Of a stretch of DNA of 54,020 bases, positions 26,830 through 36,686 are shown in pieces. The DNA is taken from positions 1 to 54,020 of the IMG/VR virus record IMGVR_UViG_3300045410_000054; one strand, written 5' to 3'. The stretch is from a virus. Lineage: Duplodnaviria; Caudoviricetes. The notes beneath the pieces are model-generated. The model saw only the letters and a list, made by a program, of their open reading frames with translations. It ran no database searches and was not told the DNA's origin. Every line of letters begins with the position of its first letter. Position 1 is the first letter of the stretch. The position numbers and the translations under genes were made by a program.

Positions 26830-29649
26830 GTGCCGACCGTCCGGCGGTTGGACGCCGATGATGCTGTCGTCTTCGCCGCCGGGTTAGGCGGCGTCGACAG
26901 CTTCGCCTTCGGCGCGCTCGCGTTCCTGTTCCGGCCGCTGGCCGCCTACGACTCCACAAACAGGACGCTGCTGGCCGCCTACGACTCGACCGGCGCCCAG
27001 GTTGGGAAGATCGGTCTCAGCACGGCCAACAAGGTTCAGTGGTTCACCGGCGGGTCGGGCGGCAACGGGCCGACCGTCACCGCCGGCGACTGGCACGCAC
27101 TGATAGTCCGCAAGGCGACCGGTACCGAACAGGCCCGGTTCAGCCTGCTGAACGTTGCCAGCGGTTGGACCCATGTCGACACTGTGGGTACGTTCGGCGA
27201 CTGGACAGCGCCGACCGGTGGGACCTGGAGTACGTCTGACATCACGTTTGGCTGGGGTCCGGGTAGCGACTACGCCGCGGTGGCGGTCTGGGCGAACGTG
27301 CTGCCGTGGGCGGCGGACACGTTCGGTGACGCTGAGATCGAGGCGGCCGGGCTGGAAGACCACCTCGACAACTGGCGGGACGCGGCCCCGACGGCAGGGT
27401 GGGCGTTCTTCCAGGCCGACGTCAACGTCAACATCGAGGACTGGACTCTCGACCGGGCCGACGAGATTTCGGTTGCTGTCGGCGCCGCGGTGGACGCGAC
27501 CGACCTGGCCTTTCAGTACGAGGACACCGGCCTGCTCGTTTTGAGCCGGAACTTCCTGCGCACCACCCAGGATGAGCCCGGCGCCGGTGGCACCGTCCGG
27601 GACCTGTCCGAAACGCAGGGAACCCCGACCACGCTCGGCTCGGGTACCACGTCATCCGGCGGCTACACGAAGATGCTCGAATGGGTGCGGACCGTGGGCG
27701 CCACGGTCGGTTCGGCCACGATCCCCACCCAGCTTCAGGTCACCGCCGTGTCCGCGGCCACCCTGGCCTACAAGTGGCAGGTCCACCGCTACGACTCGGC
27801 CGGGGTGCTTCAGGCTGACTCCGACTTTTCCGGCGAGCACAACACGACCGGGATCAAGGTCGCGACGCTGACCCTGGACACGACCTGGTCGGCCGGTGAC
27901 CGGCTGGGGTACTCGCTGTGGCTGCGGAAGGCGTCCGGCGGCGGTTCCCGCAGCATCACCGTCGCCGTCAACGATGCCGACTCGTGGGCCGAGTTCGAGG
28001 TCGCGGCCGAGCCGCCGGCCGAGATAGACCCGGCGGCTCCGACTGTCGGCGTCACCTCCGGCACCCTGGCGATCACCACCGGGGCGGTCGGGATCACCCC
28101 GGCCGCGGCAACGGTCACGGCCACCCCGGGTGTAGTGACCATCGCCGCAACAGCAGCGGTAACCCCGGCCGCCACTACGGTCACCACCACCCCCGGGACC
28201 GTGACGGTCGGCGAGGTCGAGCCGTTTCCGGTGCGGGACTTCGGCTCCGGTGATCGTGTCGCGTGGGGCGTGGGCACCGGAGGTCTGGACCAGGTGCTGT
28301 TCGGCGCGTTCACCGTCGCGGCGATCTGCCGGCGGACGGCGGACACTGACCAGGGTGCGCTGCTGAACCTGGCCGCCGGTGTCGGCGGGTCGCGGGGGTT
28401 CTTCCGCTACACCGACGACGATGAGATGGACTACCTCCGCGGCCAGTTCCAGTCCGGCGGCGTCGGGCCGTCGTGGACGCCAGCCGACGGCTGGGTACTG
28501 GTGGCGTTCACGACGGCCGGTGGTACGGCAGTGGTCCGGTACCACAAGTACGTTTTCGACACTGACACGTGGACGCACGCCAACTCAGCGGGGACGGTAG
28601 ACGACGACGACAACACCTGCGACCGGGCCGAAACCCGGTTCCAGGAGACCGCCGGCTGGGTGTTCCAGGGCCGCTACGCGGTCATGGGCGTGTGGGGCTC
28701 GGCGCTGTCGGATGTCAACCTGGAAGCGCTGACGACTCAGTACACGGACTGGGTTGCGGCCACGCCGATGGCGCTGTGGCGGTTCGACCAGGGTGCCACC
28801 ACCACGGCGATCGATGACCAGACCGCGGGCGGGGCGGACCAGACCGCGTTGACCGGCTCGACCGTGGTCGACGATCCGGTGCCCGGGTTCACGTTCGGCG
28901 AGGGCGTCGTCCCCGGCGCGGTCACGGTGACCGCCACGCCCGGCGGCCTGACCATCACGAGCAACGTCGCGGTAACCCCGGCACCGGCGACCGCGACGGC
29001 CACGCCCGGCACGCTGACCCTCACGACTACCGCGGCCGCCACGCCGGTTGCGGTTACCGTGACGGCAACGCCGGGCACGGTGGAGTTGGCCGCCGAGAGT
29101 GGCGCCCAGCCGGTCACGCCGGGCGTGGTCACGCTCACCGCGGCCCCGGGCACGCTCGGGCTGGCGCTCGACCTGCCGCTGACCGGCCACCAGGTGACGG
29201 CCACGCCGGGGTCGCTGGCCGTCACGCGGGGCCTGACCGTCTCGCCGGTCGGTGCCGCGGTCAGCATCACTCCGGCCGGGATGGTCGTGTCGACCGGGGT
29301 GGCCGCGGTGGTTCCCGCCGCGGTGACGCTCACTGCGGCGGCTGGCGACCTGAGCCTGGCCGTCGGGATCACGCCGGGCCCGGTCGCGGTCAGCACCACC
29401 GCCGGCTCGGTGGCGCTCGCGCTGGACGTCCCGCTGACCGGTGCGGCAGTGGCCGCCACGCCTGGCGCAGCGATGGTGGGCCATGGGCTGATCGTCACGA
29501 TGGCTGCGGTGGTCGTCACCGCGACCGCTGGCGCGGCAGTCATCTCGGTAGGGGTGGGCGTGCTGGCGCCGGCGGTATCGGCCGGCCGCACTTCGGTCGC
29601 CACCGTCACGGCCACCAGGCAGTCTTTCGCCACCGTCCCGGGAGGTTAG
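26830..29649 (+). CDS. large virion protein with two LamG/ConA-like domains and Thr-rich VTATPG repeats
   Basis: Two related beta-sandwich regions (res ~1-230, ~470-690), each followed downstream by TATPG repeat tracts. Confidence 0.7.
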   Translation: MPTVRRLDADDAVVFAAGLGGVDSFAFGALAFLFRPLAAYDSTNRTLLAAYDSTGAQVGKIGLSTANKVQWFTGGSGGNGPTVTAGDWHALIVRKATGTEQARFSLLNVASGWTHVDTVGTFGDWTAPTGGTWSTSDITFGWGPGSDYAAVAVWANVLPWAADTFGDAEIEAAGLEDHLDNWRDAAPTAGWAFFQADVNVNIEDWTLDRADEISVAVGAAVDATDLAFQYEDTGLLVLSRNFLRTTQDEPGAGGTVRDLSETQGTPTTLGSGTTSSGGYTKMLEWVRTVGATVGSATIPTQLQVTAVSAATLAYKWQVHRYDSAGVLQADSDFSGEHNTTGIKVATLTLDTTWSAGDRLGYSLWLRKASGGGSRSITVAVNDADSWAEFEVAAEPPAEIDPAAPTVGVTSGTLAITTGAVGITPAAATVTATPGVVTIAATAAVTPAATTVTTTPGTVTVGEVEPFPVRDFGSGDRVAWGVGTGGLDQVLFGAFTVAAICRRTADTDQGALLNLAAGVGGSRGFFRYTDDDEMDYLRGQFQSGGVGPSWTPADGWVLVAFTTAGGTAVVRYHKYVFDTDTWTHANSAGTVDDDDNTCDRAETRFQETAGWVFQGRYAVMGVWGSALSDVNLEALTTQYTDWVAATPMALWRFDQGATTTAIDDQTAGGADQTALTGSTVVDDPVPGFTFGEGVVPGAVTVTATPGGLTITSNVAVTPAPATATATPGTLTLTTTAAATPVAVTVTATPGTVELAAESGAQPVTPGVVTLTAAPGTLGLALDLPLTGHQVTATPGSLAVTRGLTVSPVGAAVSITPAGMVVSTGVAAVVPAAVTLTAAAGDLSLAVGITPGPVAVSTTAGSVALALDVPLTGAAVAATPGAAMVGHGLIVTMAAVVVTATAGAAVISVGVGVLAPAVSAGRTSVATVTATRQSFATVPGG

Positions 29650-30564
29650 ATGGGCGCCCTGGTCTTCTTCGAATCAAGCTCGGAGCTGGCGACGCTGACC
29701 AACACGTTCAGCGTGGACGGCACCCCGACCGACCCGACCACGATCACCCTGGCCGTCACCGACCCCCAGGGCGCGGCGACCCCCTACACCTTCGCCGCGG
29801 CGGAGATCACCAAGCTCAGCACCGGCGTGTACCGCAAGGACATCGCGTGCAGCATCGCCGGCACGTGGACGTACCGCTGGACCGGCACCGGCACGGTGGT
29901 CGACACCACCGTCGGCACCTGGGACGTCCAGGAAACCGCCCTCGGCCGGCTGTACGCGAGCGTCGAGGCGTTGAAGTCGCGACTCGGCATCGGGGCCACC
30001 GACACCGCCGACGACTTCGAGCTGCACACCGCATGCTTCGCCGCCAGCCGGATGGTGGAGAACTACACCCAGCGGCTGTTCTGGCGCACCGCGCCGGCAA
30101 CCGTGCGCACACTGGTCCCGACCAGCCCGCACCGGCTGAAGCTAGGCCCGTTCGCCGACCTGGTGTCTCTGTCCGCGCTGGCCACCGACAGCACCGGCGA
30201 CGGGGTTTTTGAGACAGCCTGGGCCAGCAGTGACTACCAGTTGTGGCCGGCCAACCCGTCCGCCGCGCCGGAGACCCGGCCGTACACGCAGATCCGCGCC
30301 GTGGCCGGGCGGACGTTCCCGATCCCGTACGCGGTGGCGGCCCGGGCCGACCGCGCCCAGGGCACCGGCGTCTGGGGCTGGCCGGCGGTTCCCTACAGCG
30401 TCCGCCAGTCCGCGGCCATCACCGCCGCCGAACTGTTCCGATCCAAGTCCACATTTGAGGCGCAGGGTGGGTATGAGGAGATGGCCCAGTTCGTGCTCCG
30501 GCGCAACCCGTTCGCGCTGGACCTGATCAAGCCGTACCGGCTCACCCCGGTGTTGATGGCGTAA
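29650..30564 (+). CDS. head-to-tail adaptor with N-terminal Ig-like domain
   Basis: YASVEALKSRLGI...AASRMVENYTQR...WGWPAVP... Confidence 0.8.
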   Translation: MGALVFFESSSELATLTNTFSVDGTPTDPTTITLAVTDPQGAATPYTFAAAEITKLSTGVYRKDIACSIAGTWTYRWTGTGTVVDTTVGTWDVQETALGRLYASVEALKSRLGIGATDTADDFELHTACFAASRMVENYTQRLFWRTAPATVRTLVPTSPHRLKLGPFADLVSLSALATDSTGDGVFETAWASSDYQLWPANPSAAPETRPYTQIRAVAGRTFPIPYAVAARADRAQGTGVWGWPAVPYSVRQSAAITAAELFRSKSTFEAQGGYEEMAQFVLRRNPFALDLIKPYRLTPVLMA

Positions 30565-30965
30565 TGGCCACCATCGCGCAGATCCGCGACGGGCTGAAAG
30601 CCCGGCTGGACACCATCCCCGGGCTGCGGGCGCACGCCACCATGCCGGACGTGCTGACCGGACCGGCGGCGGTGGTCTCACGCCGGTCCACAACGTTCGG
30701 GACCACGATGGACGGCCAGAGCGACGACCTGACATGCGCGGTCACCCTGTTCATCCAGTACACCGGCGAGCGGGTCGCGCAAACAGCGCTGGACACCTAC
30801 CTCGGTCCCACCGGCACCAACTCGGTCAAGGCCGCGGTCGACGGTGACCCGACTCTGGGCGGGGTGGTCGACTTCGCCGAGGTGGTCTCGGCCGAGCGCG
30901 ACCGCATCGTCGAGTGGGCGGGCATCAAGTGGCTGGCCGCTGACCTCGTGGTCCAGGTGGGCTGA
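30564..30965 (+). CDS. tail completion/terminator protein
   Basis: IRDGLKARLDTIPGL...DPTLGG motif. Confidence 0.7.
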   Translation: MATIAQIRDGLKARLDTIPGLRAHATMPDVLTGPAAVVSRRSTTFGTTMDGQSDDLTCAVTLFIQYTGERVAQTALDTYLGPTGTNSVKAAVDGDPTLGGVVDFAEVVSAERDRIVEWAGIKWLAADLVVQVG

Positions 30966-31984
30966 TGCGGTTCGTGGCCTGCCACCCAGGCCCGGCGTTC
31001 TCAGTCCACGACGTCTACGTGGGCTGGTCGGAGGCGCTGGTCGAGCTCGGTCACCAGGTGATCCCGTTCAACCTCGAGGACCGCTTGACGTTTTACAGCA
31101 GCGCGTTCTTCAACGTCTCGGAGGGCACCTTCCGCAAGGCGCTGCCCCAGGAGCAGGCCATCGAGCTTGCCGTCAACGGCCTGTACGCCACGCTCTACAA
31201 GACCAGACCGGACGTGCTGCTGGTGGTCTCAGCGTTCCTGGTCCCGGCCGAGCTGCTCGACCTCGCCCGCCGGTCCGGCACCCGCGTGGTGGTGCTGCAC
31301 ACCGAAGCGCCGTATGAGGACACCCGCCAACTGGCGATCGCCTCGCACGCGGACCTGAACCTGCTCAACGACCCGGTGAGCATCGACCGGTACCGGCAGG
31401 TCGCGCCGAGCGTCTACCTGCCGCACGCCCACCGGCCGCGGGTCCACTGCCCCGGCCCGGCCGAACCCGACCTGGCCGCCGACCTGGCCTTTGTCGGCAC
31501 CGGCTTCGAGTCCCGGATCGAGTTCTTCGAGGCGCTGGACCTGACCGGGGTGGACCTGCTGCTGGCCGGCCACTGGCAGCGGCTCGCCGAAGGGTCGCCG
31601 CTGCGTAAGCACGTGGCGCACAACATCGCCGAGTGCCTGGACAACGTGGACGCGGTCCGCATCTACCGGTCGGCGCGCATGGGCCTGAACTTGTACCGGC
31701 GGGAGACCGACGACGGTGACCACGCCGCCGGCTGGGCAATGAGCCCCCGCGAGGTGGAGATGGCCGCGACCGGTCTGCCGTTCGTGCGGGAGCCACGCGG
31801 CGAGGGCGACGCGCTGCTACCGATGCTGCCCACGTTCGCCTCGCCCGGTGAGGCGGGTGAGGTGGTGGCGTGGCTGCTGTCTCACGAGCGTGAGCGGCGG
31901 CGGATTGCCACCGAGGCCAGGCGTGCGGTCGCCGACCGTACTTTTGTCAACCATGCCAGGCGACTACTCGGCCTACTTGAGTGA
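30965..31984 (+). CDS. GT-B (CgeB-like) glycosyltransferase
   Basis: DLAFVGT...R, YRSARMGLN, SPREVEMAATG, RTFVNHA. Confidence 0.8.
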   Translation: MRFVACHPGPAFSVHDVYVGWSEALVELGHQVIPFNLEDRLTFYSSAFFNVSEGTFRKALPQEQAIELAVNGLYATLYKTRPDVLLVVSAFLVPAELLDLARRSGTRVVVLHTEAPYEDTRQLAIASHADLNLLNDPVSIDRYRQVAPSVYLPHAHRPRVHCPGPAEPDLAADLAFVGTGFESRIEFFEALDLTGVDLLLAGHWQRLAEGSPLRKHVAHNIAECLDNVDAVRIYRSARMGLNLYRRETDDGDHAAGWAMSPREVEMAATGLPFVREPRGEGDALLPMLPTFASPGEAGEVVAWLLSHERERRRIATEARRAVADRTFVNHARRLLGLLE

Positions 31985-32020
31985 CCGAACGCTGGCGATA
32001 TCACGGTTGGAGTGGTCGAA

Positions 32021-32419
32021 TTGTCCCGAATTCACGGTAGGCGCGGCAGGGTGTACCTCGCACTGGCCTCCGGCGGCACCGCGCAGCCGGTCGCGTTCCT
32101 GAACGCGTGGTCGATCAACTTCGCTGCGGAGAAGGCGGAGGTGACCGCGTTCGGCGATGAGAACAAGGTGTACGTCGCCGGACTTCCGGACGCCAGCGGC
32201 ACCTTCGGCGGCTTCTACGACGACGCCACGGTGCAGACCTACACCGCCGCGCTGGACGGGCTGCCGCGCAAGTTCTACCTGTACCCGAGCACCACGAGCA
32301 ACTCCAAGTACTGGCACGGTGAGATCCTGCCTGACTTCAGCGTGAACGGCTCGGTGACCGGTGCGGTGCAGATCAGCTCCAGCTGGAACGCGAGCAGCGC
32401 CATCGTCAAGGTGGGCTGA
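32021..32419 (+). CDS. major tail protein
   Basis: EVTAFGD..KVYVAGLPDASGTFGG tail-tube motif. Confidence 0.85.
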   Translation: MSRIHGRRGRVYLALASGGTAQPVAFLNAWSINFAAEKAEVTAFGDENKVYVAGLPDASGTFGGFYDDATVQTYTAALDGLPRKFYLYPSTTSNSKYWHGEILPDFSVNGSVTGAVQISSSWNASSAIVKVG

Positions 32420-32883
32420 TGACCGTAGAGGTACGCGGCGTCGAGGTGCTGGAGCGTGCGGGCAAGGCGTTGCGTGGTGCGGAGAAGCACTACCGGCGTG
32501 AGTTGTTCCGCGGGCTGAACACTGCGTCGAAGCCGCTGCGTGAGGCGGTCCAGGAGTCGATTCCGGACTACATGCCGAACCGTGGCGGCTACGCGAAGAC
32601 GTTGCAGGCCTCGCACAGTCCGCGGACGCAGGTGAAGACCGGCGGCCGGGACCCGTCCATCCGCATCATCAGCCGCACGAAGGGCGGGGTGAAGCGGAAG
32701 GTCAAGGCGCTGGAGGAGGGCAAGCTGGCACACCCCGTGTTCGGGAACCGTCGCGTGTGGAGGACGCAGAGTATCCGCCCCGGGTTCTTCACGGAGCCGA
32801 TGCGGGCGGGTGCTCCGGAGGTGCGTGACGAGATGATCGACGCTATCGGCCGGGTGCATGACCAGATCCGCCGGGAGGTCTGA
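32419..32883 (+). CDS. neck/tail-associated basic protein
   Basis: HPVFGNRRVW..Q...PGFF motif; position. Confidence 0.65.
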   Translation: MTVEVRGVEVLERAGKALRGAEKHYRRELFRGLNTASKPLREAVQESIPDYMPNRGGYAKTLQASHSPRTQVKTGGRDPSIRIISRTKGGVKRKVKALEEGKLAHPVFGNRRVWRTQSIRPGFFTEPMRAGAPEVRDEMIDAIGRVHDQIRREV

Positions 32884-33299
32884 TGCGGTTCCGGTTCCGG
32901 TTCGTCGAGGCCGACCGGCCGCGGTACGGCGACGGCACCTACCAGCTGGACGTCTCACCGGCCGGGCTGGGCCGGGTGCCGATGGGGCTGCTGGAGCGGT
33001 TTGAGGATGAGACCGGCATGCGGGTTCTCGGGGACTGGCTGGAGAAGCTGGGCCGCAACGAGTTGCGGGCGGTGCGTGCGTTCATGTGGTTGGCGTGGCT
33101 GCACTCCGGGCCGGCCGGGCCGCTGCCGTTCGTCGACTTCCAGCCGGATGTGATCGGCGCACTGTCCAGCCGCGACTTCACGCACGTCGGCGACGCGGAG
33201 GGAAACGCACCGAGCCCGGCGCCGAACCGGGCGGCACGTCGGGCGACGACGAAGAAGACGACGAAGCCGGCGTCCCGGAGTCGCTCCGCAGCCTCCTGA
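32883..33299 (+). CDS. tail assembly chaperone (G)
   Basis: Upstream of the TMP; contains a slippery heptamer. Confidence 0.75.
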   Translation: MRFRFRFVEADRPRYGDGTYQLDVSPAGLGRVPMGLLERFEDETGMRVLGDWLEKLGRNELRAVRAFMWLAWLHSGPAGPLPFVDFQPDVIGALSSRDFTHVGDAEGNAPSPAPNRAARRATTKKTTKPASRSRSAAS

Positions 33300-33478
33300 G
33301 GGAGGCCCGCCGCGACCCGTGGATACGGGAGCTGATCAGCTCCTACGACCTTCACATGCAGTTGCTGATGCGGCTGTCGCCGTGGGATGTGCGCCGGTTG
33401 ACGTTTGAGGAGTTCCGCCGGCGGGCGGAGTGGATTCTCAAGTGGAATGAGCATAGTGGCGGGGGGGGTGGCGGATGA
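33200..33478 (+). CDS. -1 frameshift extension of the tail assembly chaperone (GT)
   Basis: G GGA AAC at 33200-33206; -1 frame is open to 33478 (LSPWDVRRLTFEEF). Confidence 0.8.
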   Translation, partial: GKRTEPGAEPGGTSGDDEEDDEAGVPESLRSLLREARRDPWIRELISSYDLHMQLLMRLSPWDVRRLTFEEFRRRAEWILKWNEHSGGGGGG

Positions 33479-36393
33479 GTCAGCCGCTCGTCTTCGACAT
33501 CATCGCCCGCGACCGGGCGTCCGACACGACCAAGCGGATCGGCTCCGGGTTCTCGAAGCTGGGCTTCGCCACCGCGGGCATCTTCGCCGGGATGGGTGCG
33601 GCGGTCGGCCGGTTCGCGGTCAACCAGCTCGGCAACGCCGCACGCGCGGTCGGTGCGTTCGTGGCGGACAGCGTTCGGCAGTTCTCGGACTTCGACCGGA
33701 GCATGCGTGAGGTGTGGACGCTGCTGCCGGACCTCAGTGCGTCGGCGTTCAAGGACTTGCAGGGCGACGTGCGCGGGTTCGTGACCGAGATGGGCATCGC
33801 CCACCAGGAAGCCGTACCCGCGCTCTACCAAGCGATCAGCGCCGGCGTCCCCCAGGAGAACGTCTTCGACTTCCTGACCACTGCGGCGAAGTTCTCGATC
33901 GGCGGTGTCACTTCCCTGGAGACCGCCGTGGATGGGCTGACCAGCGTGACGAACGCCTACGGCCGTGAGGTGCTGTCCGCTCAGGAGGCGTCGGACATCT
34001 TCTTCACGACGGTCCGACTCGGAAAGTGCGTGGTCGGCTCTACGCGCGTGCTCTTGGCTGATGGTAGCTATCGCAGGATTGATCAGCTACCGGCCAGCGC
34101 CACTGTCGTCTCTTTTGATGGTCGCAACTTCGTGCCGATGTCCGCCGCCTGGATCGACCAAGGCGTCAAGCCCACCGTCACCTTGACGACCCGGCTAGGG
34201 CGCTCGATCACAACGACATGGAACCACCCGTACCTGACTGAAGGTGGATGGGTCCAGGTCAAAGACCTGGGCATCGGTGACCGCATCGCCATCCCGACAT
34301 CGTTGCCCTACTTCGGTCAGCGGTCCGTGCCCGAGCATGAGGCTGCGCTAGTTGGGTTGTGGCTGGCCGAAGGATCCTTCCGTGATCGTTCGGTGCGAAT
34401 CACGACCACGCGCTTCGGTCAAGACGTGCAAACATGGGCAAAGGCATACGAGTGCGTGGCGCGGCAGATCGAGAAGCGTCCGGGCAAAGCGGCTACCTAC
34501 ATGATCATATCGGGTCGGCATGGACGTACGACCAATCCCGTAATGGACCGGCTCCGCGAGCTTGGCCTCGAGGACGCTAGCTCCGGAAGCAAGCACATTC
34601 CCGACGAGGTGTTCACCTGGGACCGCCAGTCGCTGGCGGTCCTGCTGCGGTGGCTGTTCAACGGCGACGGCTGGCTGGCTGATCTGCGAAAGTATGAAGG
34701 CTCCTCCGGGTTCCAGGTTGGGTTCGTGTCCAAGTCAGAGCGGTTGGTGCGCGACGTTTCGCACCTGCTGCTGAGGTTCGGAGTTGTAGGCCGAGTTCGC
34801 CGTCGGTCCAACTGCTGGGTCTGGGAAGTCAACCGGTATGCCGAGGTAGCACGGTTTGTCGAGCATATCGGCATTGACCGACCGGCAACTCCGACCGTGC
34901 TCTCACACACCCCAGAAAAGCAGCGAGCGATGTGGGGTGTGATCGAGTACGACCCGGTCGTGGCGATCGATGGCGGCACAGCGGAGCATGTCTACGATCT
35001 GACCGTTCCTCACCTGGCAAACTTCGTGGCCGAGGACATCGTTGCTCACAACACCACCGCCGCGGAGCTGTCCGCCAACCTGTTCCAGGTGATCCCAACC
35101 GCCGCGTCGCTGGGGATCCAGTTCGGGACGGTGGGTGCGGCGCTGGCGGCCATCACCGCGCAGGGTGTGCCCACCAGCGTTGCGACCACGCAACTCCGGC
35201 AGATGTTCATCGAGCTGAACAAGGAAGGCGGCAAGACCGCCAGCCTCTTTGACGACCTGGCCGGCAAGAGTTTCGCCGACTTCATCCGCGATGGCGGGTC
35301 GGTGCAGGGTGCGCTGGCGTTGCTGACCGAGCACGCCGCGGACAGCAACACCAGCCTCAGCAACCTGTTCGGCAGCGTCGAGGCCGGTAACGCCGCGCTG
35401 GCGCTCACATCCAAGAGCGGCGCCGCCCTGTTCAACGGCGCGCTGGGCGAGATGACCGACACGACCGGCGCCACCGACGACGCGTTCTCGAAGATGGACG
35501 AGGGCATGGGTCGGACCTGGGACCGGCTCATGATCCGCATCGATGACCTGAAGGTCGGGTTGGGTGAGCGGCTGGCCCCGGCGATCGAGGGGGTGCTGGA
35601 CTGGCTGGAGCGGATCGGCGAGAACAGCGACCAGGCTGGTGAGACGTTCAAGGCGTTGGGTGATGCGGCCGAGAGTGAGCTTGGCGGCCGGGTGGTGCCG
35701 GAGCTGGAGGAGTTCGCCCAGACCTTCCAGGGCACGATGTCCCAGAACGAGGGGGCGTTGAAGGAGCTGACCCGGGTGGTCGGGATCGCGCTGGCCGGGC
35801 AGGTTTTCAACTGGGGCGTGTACACGAAGGAGCTGGTCTTCTTCAAGGATATGGCCGTGACCGTCTTGCGCTTCACGGCAAACGCCGTGATCAAGTGGGC
35901 CGACACGTTCCTGGCCGCGGGCGAGGCCGCTTTCGGGTGGGTGCCGGGGATCGGGGATCAGTTCCGCAAGGCGCGGGACCGGATGCGCGAGTTCCGGCAG
36001 GGCATAAACCGCGAGCTGGACAACATCCGGTCGAAGAAGACGATCAACATCGTGACCCAGTTCTCCACCACCGGCACCCCGCCGCCCGGGTACGCGGGCG
36101 GCTCTACCCGGATCTTCATGCAGCACGGCGGGAAGGTTGCCGGTCCGTTCACAGGCGTCGACCGGGTTCCGGCGATGCTGACCACCGGCGAGTTCGTGGT
36201 CAACCGGGAGGCGACCGCCCGTCACGAGCCGCTGCTGCGCGCCATCAACAGCGGCTCGCCGAGCGTGACGCTGAACCAGTCGTTCAGCTCATCGGGCAAC
36301 CGCGCCGACGACTTTATTATCGAGGTCGTACGGCGTGGCCTTCGCGGTAACGCCGGGTTCCGGTCCGATCTGCGGTCAGCGGCTCGCGCCTGA
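33475..36393 (+). CDS. tape measure protein (TP901-like) containing an intein
   Basis: LYQAISAG, VTNAYG, GAALAAITAQG; C-terminal GG...DRVPAMLTTGEFVVN. Confidence 0.92.
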   Translation: MSQPLVFDIIARDRASDTTKRIGSGFSKLGFATAGIFAGMGAAVGRFAVNQLGNAARAVGAFVADSVRQFSDFDRSMREVWTLLPDLSASAFKDLQGDVRGFVTEMGIAHQEAVPALYQAISAGVPQENVFDFLTTAAKFSIGGVTSLETAVDGLTSVTNAYGREVLSAQEASDIFFTTVRLGKCVVGSTRVLLADGSYRRIDQLPASATVVSFDGRNFVPMSAAWIDQGVKPTVTLTTRLGRSITTTWNHPYLTEGGWVQVKDLGIGDRIAIPTSLPYFGQRSVPEHEAALVGLWLAEGSFRDRSVRITTTRFGQDVQTWAKAYECVARQIEKRPGKAATYMIISGRHGRTTNPVMDRLRELGLEDASSGSKHIPDEVFTWDRQSLAVLLRWLFNGDGWLADLRKYEGSSGFQVGFVSKSERLVRDVSHLLLRFGVVGRVRRRSNCWVWEVNRYAEVARFVEHIGIDRPATPTVLSHTPEKQRAMWGVIEYDPVVAIDGGTAEHVYDLTVPHLANFVAEDIVAHNTTAAELSANLFQVIPTAASLGIQFGTVGAALAAITAQGVPTSVATTQLRQMFIELNKEGGKTASLFDDLAGKSFADFIRDGGSVQGALALLTEHAADSNTSLSNLFGSVEAGNAALALTSKSGAALFNGALGEMTDTTGATDDAFSKMDEGMGRTWDRLMIRIDDLKVGLGERLAPAIEGVLDWLERIGENSDQAGETFKALGDAAESELGGRVVPELEEFAQTFQGTMSQNEGALKELTRVVGIALAGQVFNWGVYTKELVFFKDMAVTVLRFTANAVIKWADTFLAAGEAAFGWVPGIGDQFRKARDRMREFRQGINRELDNIRSKKTINIVTQFSTTGTPPPGYAGGSTRIFMQHGGKVAGPFTGVDRVPAMLTTGEFVVNREATARHEPLLRAINSGSPSVTLNQSFSSSGNRADDFIIEVVRRGLRGNAGFRSDLRSAARA
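34027..35052 (+). mobile_element. 342-aa intein with LAGLIDADG homing endonuclease
   Basis: Block A CVVGSTRVLLADG, block B TTWNHPYLT, GLWLAEGS and WLFNGDGW, block F/G VYDLTV...NFVA..IVAHN|T. Confidence 0.95.
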
Positions 36394-36573
36394 CTCGGTA
36401 GACAGCCGCTGCGCCTCAGCGGTAGCGGCGTCCAGCCAGCCGAGGATCGCGTCGGCGGCACCGGTGAGCAGCAGCACCATCGCGATGGTGGCGAGCGCGG
36501 CACAGATGGCTAGCGCCGCGAGCACCTGTCGGGTGTCCCGGTCGACCCGGGGTTGCGTGGGCGGGGTCGTCAT
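36376..36573 (-). CDS. small antisense membrane protein (moron-like)
   Basis: Single TM segment; fills the gap between TMP and minor tail gene. Confidence 0.55.
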   Translation of the reverse strand: MTTPPTQPRVDRDTRQVLAALAICAALATIAMVLLLTGAADAILGWLDAATAEAQRLSTESGASR

Positions 36574-36686
36574 ACCGGTCAGAGTCAGGGTGCGTTGCGC
36601 ACCGCGCCATACCGATGCGGTGGTTCGCCGGTATCCGTCAGAAGCGGCAGACAGGCACAGACGTGACGAAACGGGGGCGGTGAGCC

